Shown here: positions 12,603 to 26,154 of the stretch, in pieces
How the letters are laid out: every line of letters begins with the position of its first letter
Numbering within the stretch: position 1 is the stretch's first letter
DNA from: Hypanus sabinus
Lineage: Eukaryota
Length of the DNA stretch: 64,000 bases
Assembly (NCBI RefSeq): GCF_030144855.1
Contig: NC_082712.1
Span: 18,104,001-18,168,000 of the forward strand
Reading direction: 5' to 3'
Translations under genes and position numbers: made by a program
Notes under the pieces: generated by a model
The model's input: the letters and a program-made list of their open reading frames with translations, nothing else
Told to the model about the DNA's origin: nothing
Database searches by the model: none

Positions 12603-13171
12603 GAAACCCATGTCAAAGACTAAGGGCTTCATGTTAATAACACACTTCTAATCTACAAGGACAGAAAGAATGTAATGAACAAAGTAACATTCAAAATTAC
12701 TAAAGTGGTATAGAGTTTTGCCCCAATGGAAATGTGCATGAATTGCATAAAGCATGTCAGACACCAAATGCTGCACATTGTGCAAGAATTTTCAACTCTA
12801 TCCATTGCTGTTGTTAGTTGAATCCTTCAAACAGCATTGCGTGAAGTAAAGATTTATAACCACTTTTAAAGCAATTACAATACCCTACACTTGAAAAGGA
12901 AGCTTGATTTATTTCTGCAGGTCAATAGTCATTTTCTCTACACTCAAGTGTAGTCAAAATAAGAGGCTGAAGTGCTGCTTTTCAGAGGTGACCCATAGAG
13001 TTATACTTTGTGATGATCTGCAGCTGAACAGGTTTGAGGATGTGTCAAAATGTTGGTGTTTAACCACTCTAATTTTATGTTTCATTATTCCATATAGTTG
13101 TGCCAATACAAGCTTTACTGAGCTTTTGCTATTGGAAGAGCAGTCTTGTACAAGGTGTTAATAAATATAAT

Positions 13172-13500
13172 GCACACAAGAAACTGCTGGATGAACTTCG
13201 CAGGTCAGGCAGCATTTATGGAAAGGACTAAAGTCAACATTTCAGGCTGAGACCCTTCATTGGGATCTGGATGAAGGGTTTTGGCCCAAAACATCAACTC
13301 TTTATTACTTTCCTATCTCACCTGTTGAGTTCAACCAGCATTGTGTTTGGTTTTCCAACATTTTCAGAATCACTTGTGAATTTCTGATTGACCTGAAATG
13401 TCTCGAATTTATTCCCCTCGATCGATGTTGCCTGACCTGCTGAGTTCCTCCAGCATTTTTTGTTAGTCTGAATTTCCAGCATCTGAGAACCTCTCGTGTT
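13172..13500. mobile_element. Penelope-like terminal repeats: inverted pair plus a tandem copy
   Basis: Minus copy ending gacccttcat abuts plus copy gatgaagggttttggcccaaaacatc; a third copy lies at ~13385-13500. Confidence 0.75.
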
Positions 13501-13634
13501 TAAGATATTAACAAATCTATTGTTTTCTCAGGTTAACCACAACACTAACCCAGAATATTCTCTGGCTTCATTTCCACTGGCATCTTAGCCTAGTTATATT
13601 TAAAACAAAATATTTAATTACTATCACTATTATG

Positions 13635-15265
13635 ACACCTGCAGGAAGAGCATCCAGCTGCAGCTGCTTACAGACCGTGTTGAGGAAATGGAGCTGGATA
13701 AACTCCAGATCATTTGGGAGGCTGAGGGGTTGATCAAAAAGTGATACGGGGAGGTAGTTATACCAAGGTGCAGGACTCGGTTAACTTTGTGATTGTAAGG
13801 ATTGGGAATGGGGAAAGGCAGCAAGTGTAGTGTACCCCTGTGGTTATTCCTCTAACATATCTACTGCTTTGCATACTATTGGGGAGGGGGCAGCAGAGGA
13901 AAGCCACAGCAGTCAGATCTCTGGCACTGAATCTGGCTCTTTATCTCGGAATAGAAAGGAGATGAGAGGTGAGCTGCATTGATGGATTCAGTGGTTAGGG
14001 GAATGGAGGATGTTCTGTGGATGAGAAAGAGACTCCCAGATGGTACATTGTCTCCCAGGTGTCAGTGTCAGTCTGCCACATTAAGTGGGAGGGGGAGCAG
14101 CCAGAAATCATGGTCCACGTAGGTTCCATTGATACCACACAGGTTCCGTAAGTGAGTTCAGGGAGTTGGGTTCCAAGTTAAAGAATGGGGCCTTCAGGAT
14201 TGTGATCTCAGGATTAATACCTGTGCCACGTGCTAGAGGCCAGAACTAGGAAGATAATGCTGTTTAACATAGGGCTAAGGAGATGGTGCAAGAGATAGCT
14301 TCCAATTTTTGGATAATTGGACTCTCTTCCAGGAACATTGAGACCTGTATTGACAGGACTATTTGCATCTGAACTGGAGGGGGACTAATATCCTTTTTGG
14401 AATGTTTCTAGTGCTGCATGAGGGGTGGTGGTTAAGCTAGAGTTGCGGAGGAATGGGAATCGGAGCATTTGGTGGAGTGTTTGTGGAGAAAGATATTGTA
14501 AAGTCAGGAATCAAAATGCTGAACGCAGTGGGACTAATGATCTGAGTTGTGTATATTTCAAGGCAAGTGGTGTTAAGGTGTATGAGTTATGGCCTGGAGC
14601 AAGATGTGGAATTATGACACTGTAGTCATTCGTGAAACTTGGTTGCAGGAATAGCTCAAGATTCCTGGATTTCATGGTTTTAGATGTGATAGAGCAGGAT
14701 AGCTTAAAGCTGGAGTGGTAGCATTACTAGTCGGGGAAACTGAGACTGTAGGTGGAGCTAAGGAATAAGAAAAGAACAACCACACTAATGGGGTTATAAT
14801 ATAGATCTCCTCAGTCAGTGGATTTAGAGGAACAAATTGGTAGAGAGTCCAGCCAAGGTTTTGATTGTAGGTGATTTTAACTTTCCACATTGATTGTGAC
14901 TTCCATGCTGTAAAACAATTAGATGGAATAGACTTTGTCAAATATGTTCATCAATACATGGATGCCAACTAGAAGAATTGTGATACACTATCTTCTATTA
15001 AGGAATGGGGCAGAGCAGGGGGCCATTGATCCCTCATTTAATGGTAAGGCTCCATGGCATTAAAGGTTGGGAACCCTTGGTGTAGAGGATCATAATGCCA
15101 TTTGTTTTGAAGATTATTATGAAGGATAGATCGTGTCCTTGGGTTGAGAAGTGAAATTGGAGGAAGGCCAATTTTGATCGTATCAGAAAGGATCTGATAA
15201 GGGTGGATCTGGACAGATTGTTTTCTGGAAAAGTTATACTTGGTAAGTGGCAGGCCTTCAAAAGT
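13635..15265 (+). mobile_element. CR1 LINE 5' part (ORF1 esterase and APE endonuclease), heavily degraded
   Basis: Collinear with the reverse complement of 19200-20895: PEIMVHVGS-like esterase block, ETW and GDFNFP endonuclease motifs. Confidence 0.75.
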
Positions 15266-15349
15266 TTAGAACACCTGTTGCAAAGTGTCCTTAAAAGCTT
15301 AGTCATAGAATCTGTTCAAAATAGATGAGATTGAAGGTATTGCTCCCAG

Positions 15350-15630
15350 TTCAGAAATCTGGTGGTAGGGTGCAAGTCTGGTTCTGTTCCTGAACCTGCT
15401 GCTGTGAGACCCTAGGCTTCTGTATCTTCTGCCCAATGGTAGTAGTGAGAACCACATGGCCTGAATGGTGTGGGTTTTGAATGCTGCTGCGTGTGCCCGT
15501 AAATGTATTCAATGGTGGAGAGGACTTTGTCTGTGATACCAGGCTACTTGCATTTTCTGTTGTCTTTTTATCTCGTACCAGACCATGGTTAGGATAGTCT
15601 CTACTACATCTATAGAAAGTTTTTCCACAG
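15350..15630 (-). mobile_element. Rex1/Babar 3' fragment
   Basis: Minus frames SIDVVETILT.. and SSIQNPHHSGH (compare IIKDPHHPGH). Confidence 0.6.
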
Positions 15631-17202
15631 TTGAAGCTGAACAAGAGAACTTGAGATTGCCTGCTTTGCTGGAAAGAAACTGATCTTCTCCACAATAAAA
15701 GCAGAAGCTGTTGGCATCCAAGATCACTGGATTAACTGAGAAGGAAATCAGTGGGCCAAACTGTGGGGATAATTCTCCTCATTCTCAAAGTGGTGCCATG
15801 CGTTCTTTAACCTTTCCCTGAAGTAAAAGCAGGTTCTTGTTCAAGGTCTCTTACATAAACCAGTACTTCCAATATACAGCTTTTCCTCACCACTACATCA
15901 GTATTCCTAGGTTTCTGGGCTGAGATCCAAACCCACAAGCATCCAACTCTGCAGAGCATAGCCATTGAAAAATTAACCATGTCAGCTAAGTGGTTAAGGT
16001 ATTCCATTCACTGGGCCTTGCCATATAATTTTTCTCAAGTGGTTTTGAGCAAGGCATCATAGTTAAAAATGTGTTGTTATTCAAGTCTCTAATTGTGAGG
16101 TCCTATCAATTTCTCCAGGAGATGTGACATTGGTGACTATTTCTCCAGCTATCTGGGGGGAAAAGTTCCCTCCTAAAAGATAGTTAGATGAATCAGTCAA
16201 CCAAAAATTCAGAACCACATGCGAGTTGTATTTCCACATATGATATCAATCACTAAATCTCAAAGGCAAGTATTTTATTCATTTGTGATATTCTAAAGAA
16301 CCTCCAAGCAAAATTATTATCAAAGTGCATATGTCACCATATAAAATCTTCATTTCCTTGCAGACATATTCAATAAATCCAATAACCATAATATAATCAG
16401 TGAAAGATTGTACCTAACAGAGTGGACAACCAGTGTGCAAAAGGCAACAAAATCATTCAGGGTTTTCCCAATCAGAAACCCTGGATGAAGGATGAAATCT
16501 GGAACCTGCAGAGAGCCGGTTCAGAAGCTTTCAAGTCGGGAGATCAAGAATGACAGAACAAATGCAGATATGCACCCCCAAAAGCAATCTCATGTGAAAT
16601 GGAGATTCAGGACCAGACTGGAATCAACAAGGGATGCTCAACAGTTGTGTCAGAGTTTGAATGCCATAACCACCTACAAAGTTAAATCTTGCGACACAGG
16701 ACAAGAGGTCACGTGCAAATGAGTTCAATGCCTTCAATGCTTGCTTTAACTACCAGAGCTGGGAGGAGCCATTGCATTCTCCCATGTCTCCTGATGACCC
16801 TTTGGTCTAAGTATCTGAAGATGATGTGTGGGTGCCTTCAAGGGAGTGAACCTAGGAAAGCATTTGGTCCAGGCAGAGTACCTGGCCAAGTACTGAAGAC
16901 CTGTGCTGGCAAGCTGGCTGGAATATTCATAGATATTTTGAACCTCTCAATCCAGAAGTGTGATGCCCACTAGCTTCAATCATACCAGTGCCCAGGAGTG
17001 TGGCAACCAATCTAACTGATTATTACCCTGTGGCACATCCACAATAGTGTTTTCAGAGGCTGGTGTCAAAGCATATCAGCTCCTGTCTGAAAGACAACAT
17101 GAATTTGCTCTAATTTGTTTATTGGATTAACAGGTCTACAGTAGATGCTATCTCATTGGCTCTCCACACCACCCTGGAGCATCTGGACAGCAAAGGTGCA
17201 TA

Positions 17203-17850
17203 GATCAATAGACAATAGGTGCAGAAGTAGACCATTCGGCCCCTCGAGTCTGCACCGCCATTCTGAGATCATGGCTGATCATTCACTATCAATACCCAGT
17301 CCCTGCCTTGTCCCCATATCCCTTGATTCCCCTATCCATCAGATATCTATCTAGCTCCTTCTTGAAAGCATCCAAAGAATTGGCCTACACCATCTTCCAA
17401 GGCAGTGCATTCCACACCTCCACAACTCTCTGTTTTAAATAACTGACCTCTTATTCTCAATCGATGCCCTCTGGTACTGGACTCTCCCAACATCTGGAAC
17501 ATATTTCCTGCCTCAATCCTATCAAATCCTTTAATTATCTTAAACATTTCAATCAGATCCCCTCTCAATCTCAATTCCAGTGTGTACAAGCCCAATCTCT
17601 CCAATCTCTCTGTGTAAGACAGCCCTGCCATCCCAGGAATCAACCTAGTGAATCTACGCTGCACTTCCTCAATTGCCAGAATGTTCTTCCTCAAACCTGG
17701 AGACCAAAACTGTACACAATATTCCAGGTGTGGTCTCACCAGGGCCCTGTACAAATGCAAAAGGACATCCTTGCTCTTGTACTCAATTCCCCTTGTAATA
17801 AAGGCCAACATTCCATTTGCCCTTTTCACTGCCTGTTGCACTTGCTCATT
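17203..17850 (-). mobile_element. CR1 LINE 3' end, relatively young
   Basis: 164-aa ORF: VKRANGMLAFITRGIEYKSKDVLLHLYRALVRPHLEYCVQFWSP..RGDLIEMFKIIKG..TRGH. Confidence 0.95.
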
Positions 17851-18174
17851 CAGGATACTCTTTATTGATTACAGCTTTGCATTAACTCAAAACTGAACAG
17901 TAAACTCGGAGACCTGAGTCTCAATACCCCTTTGTGCAATTGGATCCTGGATTTCCTCACTTGTAGACCTCAAATCAGCAAAAACATCTCCACAATTTTG
18001 ATCAGCGTAAGAGCTTCCCTGTGGTGCTCCTACACAGGGATGCGTACTTAGCCCTCTGCTCTACTTGTTTTACACCTATGAATGTTTGGCTAAGTACATC
18101 TTCAACATGTACAAATTTGCTGATGACACCACTGTGGACTGTATCAAAGGGGTGAAGAATCAACATACAGGAGG

Positions 18175-18720
18175 GCACGGTAAATGGTAGGGCATTGAAG
18201 AATGCAGTAGAACAGAGTGATCTAGGAATAATGGTGCATAGTTCCCTGAAGGTGGAATCTCGTGTGGATAGGGTGGTGAAGAAAGCTTTTGGTATGCTGG
18301 TCTTTATAAATCAGAGCATTGAGTATAGGAGTTGGGATGTAATGTTAAAATTGTACAAGGCATTGGGGAGGCCAAATTTGGAGTATTGTGTACAGTTCTG
18401 GTCACCGAATTATAGGAAAGATGTCTACAAAATAGAGTAGAAAGGAGATTTACTAGAATGTTACTTGAATTTCAGCACCCAAGTTACAGAGAGGTGTTGG
18501 ACGACAAGTTAGATCTTTATTCTTTGGAGCGTAGAAGGTTGAGGGGGGACCTGATAGAGGTGATTTAAAATTATGAGGAGGATAGATAGTTGATAGGCTT
18601 TTTCCATTGAGAGTAGGGGAGATTCAAACAAGAGGACATGAGTTGAGAGTTTGGGGACAAAAGTTTAGGGGTAACACAAGGGGCAATTTCTTTGAGTGGT
18701 AGCTGTGTGGAATGAGCTTT
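18175..18720 (+). mobile_element. CR1 LINE RT C-terminal fragment
   Basis: DLGIMVHSSLK..VVKKAFGML..LYKALGRPNLEYCVQFWSP. Confidence 0.9.
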
Positions 18721-18721
18721 A

Positions 18722-20895
18722 TTAGAAAATGGATCCTGTCCCATGACCCGTCCCAGCTCTGCTGATTTCCTCCATAAGCTCCTTCTTAGTTGCCTTATCT
18801 TCTACATCTCTAACATTACCTAGCTCTCAATCTTTTTTAAGCTTCTCTTTTCATCTTGACTGGATTTGTTACATCCTTTGTATACCACGGTTCCTCTACC
18901 CTACCATAACTTCCCTGTCTCATTGGAACATACCTATACAGATACCTACACAAATATCATTTTTCAATCTTTTTATTGATTTTCTAGTAAAAAAATCAAA
19001 GTTTAGCAAACAGATAATACAAAATACATATAAACAGCTGTATTAAAGTATATATTGTCAGGATCAGATAGGTAAAATATTATGCTGTTATATACAATGT
19101 AATCAAGAAGCCACAACTCCTCTTAACAAATTGATTTAAAAAAAAAAAAAAATTGGAAATTTTATTAAAAGCAAAAAAACTAAACTATACTGGAACAAAA
19201 AAATCCCCTGAATATTTGCTACATTTCTTCCATAATTTTCCCTGAGACCCTCTGGTTCCAATTTAAGCCTCCAATTTCCTATCTGATAGCCTCATAATTC
19301 CCCTTACTCCAATTTAACACTTTTCTGACTTGTCTGTTCCTGTCCCTCTCCAATGCTATTGTAAAGGAGATGGAATTATCACTATCTCCAAAATGCTCTC
19401 CCATTGAGAAATCTGACACCTGACCAGGTTCATTTCCCAATACTAACCAAGTATAGCCTTTCCTCTTGTAGGCTTATCTACATACTGTGTCAGGAAACCT
19501 TCCTGAACACCTATCAAACTCAACCCCATCTAAACCCCTTGCTCTGGGGAGATGCCAATCGATAATTGGGAAATTAAAATCTCCTAGCATTACAACTCTA
19601 TTACACCTTTCCAGGATCTGTTTCCCTAGCTGCTTGATATCTCTATTATTATATATTTAAAAAAAAACACCCATTAAATTTATTGACCTATTCCTAACCC
19701 CACCCACAGGAACAATCCCTTCATGACATCCACCTTTTCTGCAGCTGTGACACTATCTCTGATCAACAGTGCCACGCCTCCACCTCATTTGCCTCCCTCC
19801 CTGTCCTTTTTGAAATGTCTAAAACCTGGCACCTGAAGTAACCATTCCTGCCCCTGAGTCATCCAAGTTTCTGTGAAGGCCATGACATCATATCTCCAAG
19901 TACTGATCCACGCTCCAAGTTCATCTGCTAATACTCCTTGCATTAAAATACACATCTCAAGCCTTCGGTCTGAGTGCACCCTTTCTCTATCACCTGCCTA
20001 TCCTCTCTCTCGCACTGTCTACAAGTCTCTTCAGTTCGGTTTCCACTCCCCAACAATTCTAATTTAAACTCTCCCCATAGACTTAACACACCTCCCTGCC
20101 AGGTTATGGTTTCCCCGGGATTCAAGCGCAACCTGTCCTTTCTGTACAGATCACACCTGCCCCAAAAGAGGTCCCAGTGATCCAGAAAGCCGAATCCCTA
20201 TCCCCTGCTCCAAACACTCAGCCACACATTTATCCTCCACTTCATTCCTATTCCTATTCTCATTGTCGTGTGGCACAGGCAGTAATCCCGAGATTACTAC
20301 CTTTGTGGTCCTGCTTCTCAACTTCCTTCCTAACTCCCTGTGGTCTTGTTTCAGGACTTCTCTTTTCCTACCTATGTCATTGGTACCAATATGTACCACG
20401 ACCTCTGGCTGTTCTCCCTCCCACTGCAGGATATCTTGGACGTGATCCAAAACATCCTAGACCCTGGCACCTGGGAGGGAAACTACCAACCGTGTTCCTT
20501 TGCTGCATCCACAGAATCGCCTATCCGATCCCCTGACTATAGAATCCCCTATCACTACTGCCTTCCTCTTCCTTTCCCTACTCTTCTGAGCCACAGGGCT
20601 AGACTCTGTGCCAGAAGCTGTCCCCCTCCCAACAGTACTCAAATAGGAGTACTTATTGCCAAGGCGTACAGCCATGGGTATTCTAGTACCTGACTCTTCC
20701 CCTTCCCCTCTTGTCTGTAATCCACTTCTGTCCCGTGGCCCTGGTGTGACCACCTGCCTATAACTCCTCTCTATCACCACCTCAATCTCCCTGACCAGGT
20801 GAAGGTCATCGAGATGCATCTCCAGTTCCCTAACTTGGTCCCTCAGGAGCTGCAGCTTGACACACCTGATGCAGATGTGGCCGTCCGAGAGGCTG
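18722..20895 (-). mobile_element. CR1 LINE 5' half: ORF1 (SGNH/GDSL esterase) and APE endonuclease, degraded
   Basis: AVVIGDSIVRGSDRRFCG..LPGARV, PEVVVHIGTNDIG, VVISGLLPVP (esterase blocks); YDVMAFTETW..PGFRHFKKDREGGK (endonuclease). Confidence 0.92.
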
Positions 20896-21439
20896 GGAAA
20901 ATCCTACAAAACCTATTGGATTTGGCCCAGTTCATCACGGGTAAAACCCTCCCAGCCATTGAGCACATCAACATGAAACATTGCTGTAGAAAATCAGCAT
21001 CCATCATCAAAGATTCTCAGCACCCAGGCCATGTTCTTTTATCACTGCTCTCATCAGGTAGAAGGTACAAGTGTATCAGGACTCACACTAACCACCAGCT
21101 TCAAGAACAGTTACCACCCCTCACCCATCAGGCTCTTGAACAAAAGCAGGTAGCTATACTCATTTAGGACTGTTACGTTGCCTTTTCATGTTTGCTATTT
21201 ATTGGGGTTTATTTATATCTGCATTTGCAGAGTTTGTTTACAGTTCAGTTCCTGCTGTTTGCAATTTAGTTGCTGTTCAATAGATTAGCTAAGTACATGC
21301 AGAAAAAGAATCTCAGGATGGTATGTGGTGACATGTATGCATTCTGATAATAAATTTTACTTTGAACTTTAATTGCACATGCATGCTGGACTGAGGACAG
21401 GTTTTTTAAAATGAATTTTAAAAAGAATTTGAAGATGCT

Positions 21440-21700
21440 GACGCTCTCCATCTCTGATTTCCCCCAATGAGGACTGGCTCATGGATCCTTGGTTTCCTCC
21501 TAATCAGCATCTTGGCCTTACTGACACTGAGAAATTGTTGTGGCACCAGTCAGTCAGCTTTTCAATCTTCCTCCTATATGCTGATTCATCACCACCTTTG
21601 ATTTGCCCAATGACAGTGTTGTCAGCAAACTTGAATATGGTATTGGAGCTATGCTTAGCTTCACAGTCATAAGTGTAAAGTGAATCGAGAAGGTGGCTAA
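21440..21700 (-). mobile_element. Rex1/Babar RT fragment
   Basis: Reverse complement encodes KHSSNTIFKFADNTVIGQIKGGDESAYRR. Confidence 0.75.
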
Positions 21701-21879
21701 GCGGTCTTCAATTCACAGGCTAAATAAGATTGTATTATTGCAAAACCCTGTGATTGACAAGTACAGTAACACCCTTTTAACTTTCAACCATGCACCTCCT
21801 GTTGTGTTCTCTGCATGAGTGAATTCTTCCACAAACTGATGGAAGAAAGAAAACAAGAGTGCCTCTATTTTAGGAGCCT

Positions 21880-22632
21880 TTGGAGATTTGGCATGTCATC
21901 AAAAACCTTGGCAGATTTCTACAGATGTGTGGTGGAAACTGTGCTGACTGGCTGTATTATGACCTGATATAGGAACACCAATGCATTGAGTGGAAAATCC
22001 TATACAGCCTAGTGGATTTGGCCCAGTACAACATGGGTAAAGCCCTCCCAAACATTGAGCACATCTACATGATACATTGCCATAGAAAAGCAGCATCTAT
22101 TATCATAGATCCTCACCACCCAGGCCATGCTCTTTTCTCACTGCTGCCATCGGGTAGAAGGTACAGGTGTCTCAAGACTCACACCACCAGGTTCAAGAAC
22201 AGTTACTACCCCTCAACCATCAGGATCTTGAACAAAAGGGAATAACTGCACTCATTCATCAGGAGTAAAGCCACTCCTGATGAAGGGTTTTGGCCCAAAA
22301 TGTCGTCACTATCTCCTCCCATAGATGCTGTCTGGCCTGCTGAGTTCTGCCAGTATTTTATGTTTTTTATTTATTTCCAGCATCTGCAGATTCACTCGTG
22401 TCAACTACACTCATTCTATTTCTGGTGTTCCCACTATCAATGCGCTCATTTTAAGGACTCTTTATCTTGTTTCATACACATTATTTATTGCTATTTATAT
22501 TTGCATTTGCAGTTTCTTATTCATTGATCCTGTTTACAGTTACTGTTGTGTAGATTTGCTATGTATGTCCACAGAAAATGAGTTTTGGGGTTGTATGTAG
22601 TGATATATGAACTCTGATAACAAATTTTACTT
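21880..22632 (+). mobile_element. Rex1/Babar LINE 3' end, interrupted by a Penelope mini-insert
   Basis: KAASIIIDPHHPGHALFSLLPSGRRYRCLKTHTTRFKNSYYPSTIRILN plus 3' tail. Confidence 0.9.
22258..22402 (+). mobile_element. ~145-bp Penelope-derived, hammerhead-bearing insert with 14-bp TSD
   Basis: TSD aact(g/a)cactcattc at 22244-22257 and 22403-22416; 12-bp inverted repeat ttcatcaggagt/actcctgatgaa at the 5' end; CTGATGA at 22277. Confidence 0.85.
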
Positions 22633-22659
22633 TGGATGTTTTTTTGTAGTCTGTGCTAC

Positions 22660-23225
22660 AGCACAGAAGCATGACCTCTAGTCCATCTAGTTTATATTGG
22701 GCTGTTCTGCCTAGTCCTATTGCATTACACCTGCATAGCTCTTTGTAATCTTTCTTCCCCCACTCTCCCACCCCGACCATCCATGTACTTAAGCAAACTT
22801 CTTAAATGTTTAAATTGAATCTCCACCACTACTGCTGGCAGCTCATTGCACTTGCACCATTTGCTGAGTGAAGCAATTCTTCCTCATTCTCTAAACAGTT
22901 CTCCTTTCACCCTTAAACCATGACCTCTAGTACTGGTCTCACTCAACATTAGTGGAAAATGTCTGTTTGTATTTACCCCATCTATACACCTCCATAGTTT
23001 TACATACTTTATTAAATACCACCTCATGCTCCTGCACTCCAGATAATAAAATCCTAATCAATTCAGCCTTTCCCTATAATGCAAATCCACCATTCACAGC
23101 AACATGCTTGTAAATCTTCTCTATATTCTTTCAATCTCATTAACATCTTTCCTGTAGGCAGGAAACCAGAACTGCACACAGTACTCCAAATTAGGCTTCA
23201 CCAATATCTTGTACATCTTCAACAT
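22660..23225 (-). mobile_element. CR1 LINE 3' end
   Basis: ccagaactgcacacagtactccaaatt (LEYCVQFW in reverse) and catgacctctagt (TRGH in reverse). Confidence 0.75.
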
Positions 23226-23700
23226 AAAGTTCAAAGTACACAGCACCATATGCAATCGTAAGATTCATTTTTATTGTGGGCATACTCAAAAGATCCATAG
23301 AATAACCACCAATGAAAGACTGCACTAACTTGGGTGTTCAACCAGGGTGCAAGAGTAAGCAATAAGCATCAAGAACTTGAGAAGGAGAGTCCTTGAAAGT
23401 GAGTCCATTGGTTGTCGAAACATTTCATGATGGGGCAAGTGAAGTTGCCCCCTCTGGTTCAAGTGCCTGATGGTTGATAACTGTTCTTGAAGCTGGAGGT
23501 TTGAGTCCTGAGGCTGCTGTACCATCTTCCTGATGGCAGCAGTGAGAATAGAAGATAGTGGTTTTGTCAGCAAACTTGACTATGGCATTGGAGCTGTGCT
23601 TAGCCACACGGTTATAAGTGTAAAGTGGGTGGAGCAGGGGGCTAAGCACGCAGCCTTGGGGTGCACCTGTGCTGATGGAGGAGATGGTGTTGCCAATCCA
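23226..23700 (-). mobile_element. Rex1/Babar deleted copy
   Basis: MLSPLLHPLYTYNRVAKHSSNAIVKFADKTT plus the reversed tail. Confidence 0.75.
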
Positions 23701-24014
23701 AACCTCCCAGATGTAATTTGGTTTATGAAGACCAATGTGCCAAAAGCTCTTTACAAGCTCTTTTATACTGAAGGAAATGTAAACATTACCAGAAAAAAGA
23801 TATTGGGCAGTTCTTCACGAAGGCAGCGTCTATCACTAAGGATCCTCACCATCCAGGCATGCCCTCTTTTTGCTACCACCAGGAAGGAGGACAGGGACCT
23901 GAAGATCCAGACTGATTTTTTTTAGGAGCAGCTTCTTCCCCTCTACCATCTGATTTCTGGTTCATGAACAGCATTTTTGTACGATTATTTTTTCATTGTG
24001 ATATAATACTATTT

Positions 24015-24935
24015 GACACAGCAGAATTAGGCCATTTGGCTCTATCGTTTCATCATGGTTGATTTATTATCCCCCTCAATCCCATTGTCCTGACTTCTCC
24101 CTGTACCCTTTGATACCCTGACTAATCAAGAACATATCTTCCTCTGCTTTAAATATACTCAATGACTGGGCTCCAACTGCCATCTTTGGCAATGAATTCC
24201 ACAGATTTCAGACTCTGCCTAAAGGAATTTCTCCTCATCTCTTCTAAATGGATGTCCCTCTATACTGAGATTGTACCTGTGGGTCCTAGATGCCCCCACT
24301 ATAGGAAACATCCTTCCTACATCCACTCTATCCATATCTTTATATTTCTTTTCTTTCAAAGAGATGCACCTCATTCTTCTAAACTCCAGTGAGAACATGC
24401 CCAAGGCCATCAAATGCACTGTACATAATGAAAGGGTTAACCCTTTCATTTATTGGGTCACTTTTTGTGAACCTCCCCGGGCTCTCCAATGCCAGCACAT
24501 CCTTTCTTAGGTGAGGAGTTCAAAGCTGCTGAAAATACTACTGCTACTGCTCTCCTTGCTCTTGTATTCTAGTCCTCTTGAAATGAATGCTAATATTGCA
24601 TTTGCCTTCCATACCACTGACTCAACCTGCAAGTTAAACTTCAGGGAATCCTGAGCAAGGACTCAAGTCCCTTTGCACCCCTGATTTTTTTTAAATTTTC
24701 TTTAGTAATTAGTCTATACCTTTTATTCCTTTCACCAAAGTGCATGATCATATACTTCCCTATACAATATTCCATCTGCCAATCCTTTGCCTATTCTCCA
24801 AATCTAATCCTTCTGCAGACTCCCTGCTTTCTCAATACGACTTGTCCCTTCACCTAACTTCGTGCCATCCACAAAATTGGCCATAAAGCCATCAATTCCA
24901 TCTTCCAAATCATTAATGTATAACGTCAAAAGAAG
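24015..24935 (-). mobile_element. CR1 LINE 3' portion
   Basis: LGMFSLEFRRMR..DRVDVGRMFPIVGASRTH; continues into RT domains similar to 1-300. Confidence 0.85.
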
Positions 24936-25493
24936 TACAGTTGAGTGACATTAAACCTGGTTTTGATTCTGCAAGGAGGTAGAGGATCAAACATGATATA
25001 ATTGAACACAGGGGGCTGAATGGTCTCTCTGCTATTCACTAAGTTATGCCATTGCACTAATTCCTTCATTTTAACTTGGTAGATGTTATGAAGTTTTTAA
25101 GATTTCTTATCATTCTTTGATTTCAATAAAGAAATACTATTACGAAAGAAATTACCAGTGCCTGTGGTCTCCTATATCATTGCAAGACATTGATTCTTGC
25201 AGAACTAAAGGCACAGTATCACCTGCTTGGGAAATTAACCAGAAATAAAACAGACCAACATGCCAACATCAATAATGCCTTGTAAAAAGATTTGAGAAGG
25301 ATAACAAATGGAAATAAAACTGGTCTTTATGGAGGCTTTTAAGGATAAGTTGCAAAACAAAACTTAGCAGATACATTTCAATGCATGGAGAATGAGTTGA
25401 AATTGTACTTTAAATGTTGCATTAAAGCATCCATGTTGGATACCAATTTTCAAGGATCAACTTTAGCATCAATGCTCAACTTTATTCAAAGTA

Positions 25494-25970
25494 TGAGGGA
25501 TGATTGATAAGTTCATACCCTAAGGTAGAAGGAGCCAATTTTAGAAAACCTAGCACATTTTTCAACATAGTCCCTTCCTTCATTTACACACCTAGTCTGG
25601 TGGTTGTGGAGCATACTGATCTTGGACTCTTCGAGTGATTATGCAGTAAGTTGAAGATAATAACTCATCTCCTTCTACCTTAGGCCATGAAGATGAGTTA
25701 CTAACTTCAAACTTCCTGCATAATCACTCGAAGTTGAACTGCATATGCATGCAACAAGAGCTGTATAACTCATCTCCTTCTACCTTAGGCCACAAATTTA
25801 TCAATCACCCCTGCTGTGGACACTCTCTGGAGGTCCAAGATCCGTATGCTCCACGACCGCTGGACTAAGAGTGTAAATGTAGGAGGGGACTATTTTGAAA
25901 AATAAATGTGCTAGGCTTTCTAAAATTGACTCCTTCTACCCTAGGCCACGAACTTATCAATCACCCTTCA
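25494..25970. mobile_element. Mariner-derived MITE (477 bp, ~135-bp TIRs, TA TSD)
   Basis: TA|tgagggatgattgataagtt ... aacttatcaatcacccttca|TA; inverted similarity extends to cttggac/gtccaag; no ORF. Confidence 0.85.
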
Positions 25971-26154
25971 TATATGTTTGTAAGTACAGGCTGTGTCTCT
26001 CATCTGAAATCCCAAAATCTGAAAACTGCTGAAATCCAAAAAAATTTTTTCAGTGCAGATATGATGGTGAAAAATTCTACAAGGCAGTAGAGAGGTTCCC
26101 AGGTGATGCACAGATCTGTGCACAACACAGATAGTTGTGAAAAATAATGTCACA

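Larger units (their letters stand above)
16452..21370 (+). mobile_element. Rex1/Babar LINE split by nested CR1 insertions (pieces at 16452-17202, 17851-18172 and 20896-21370)
   Basis: [31 protein letters not shown] (RT motif 3), KFADDTT, then KSASIIKDSQHPGHVLLSLLSSGRRYK and the 3' tail; pieces are in the correct order. Confidence 0.8.
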
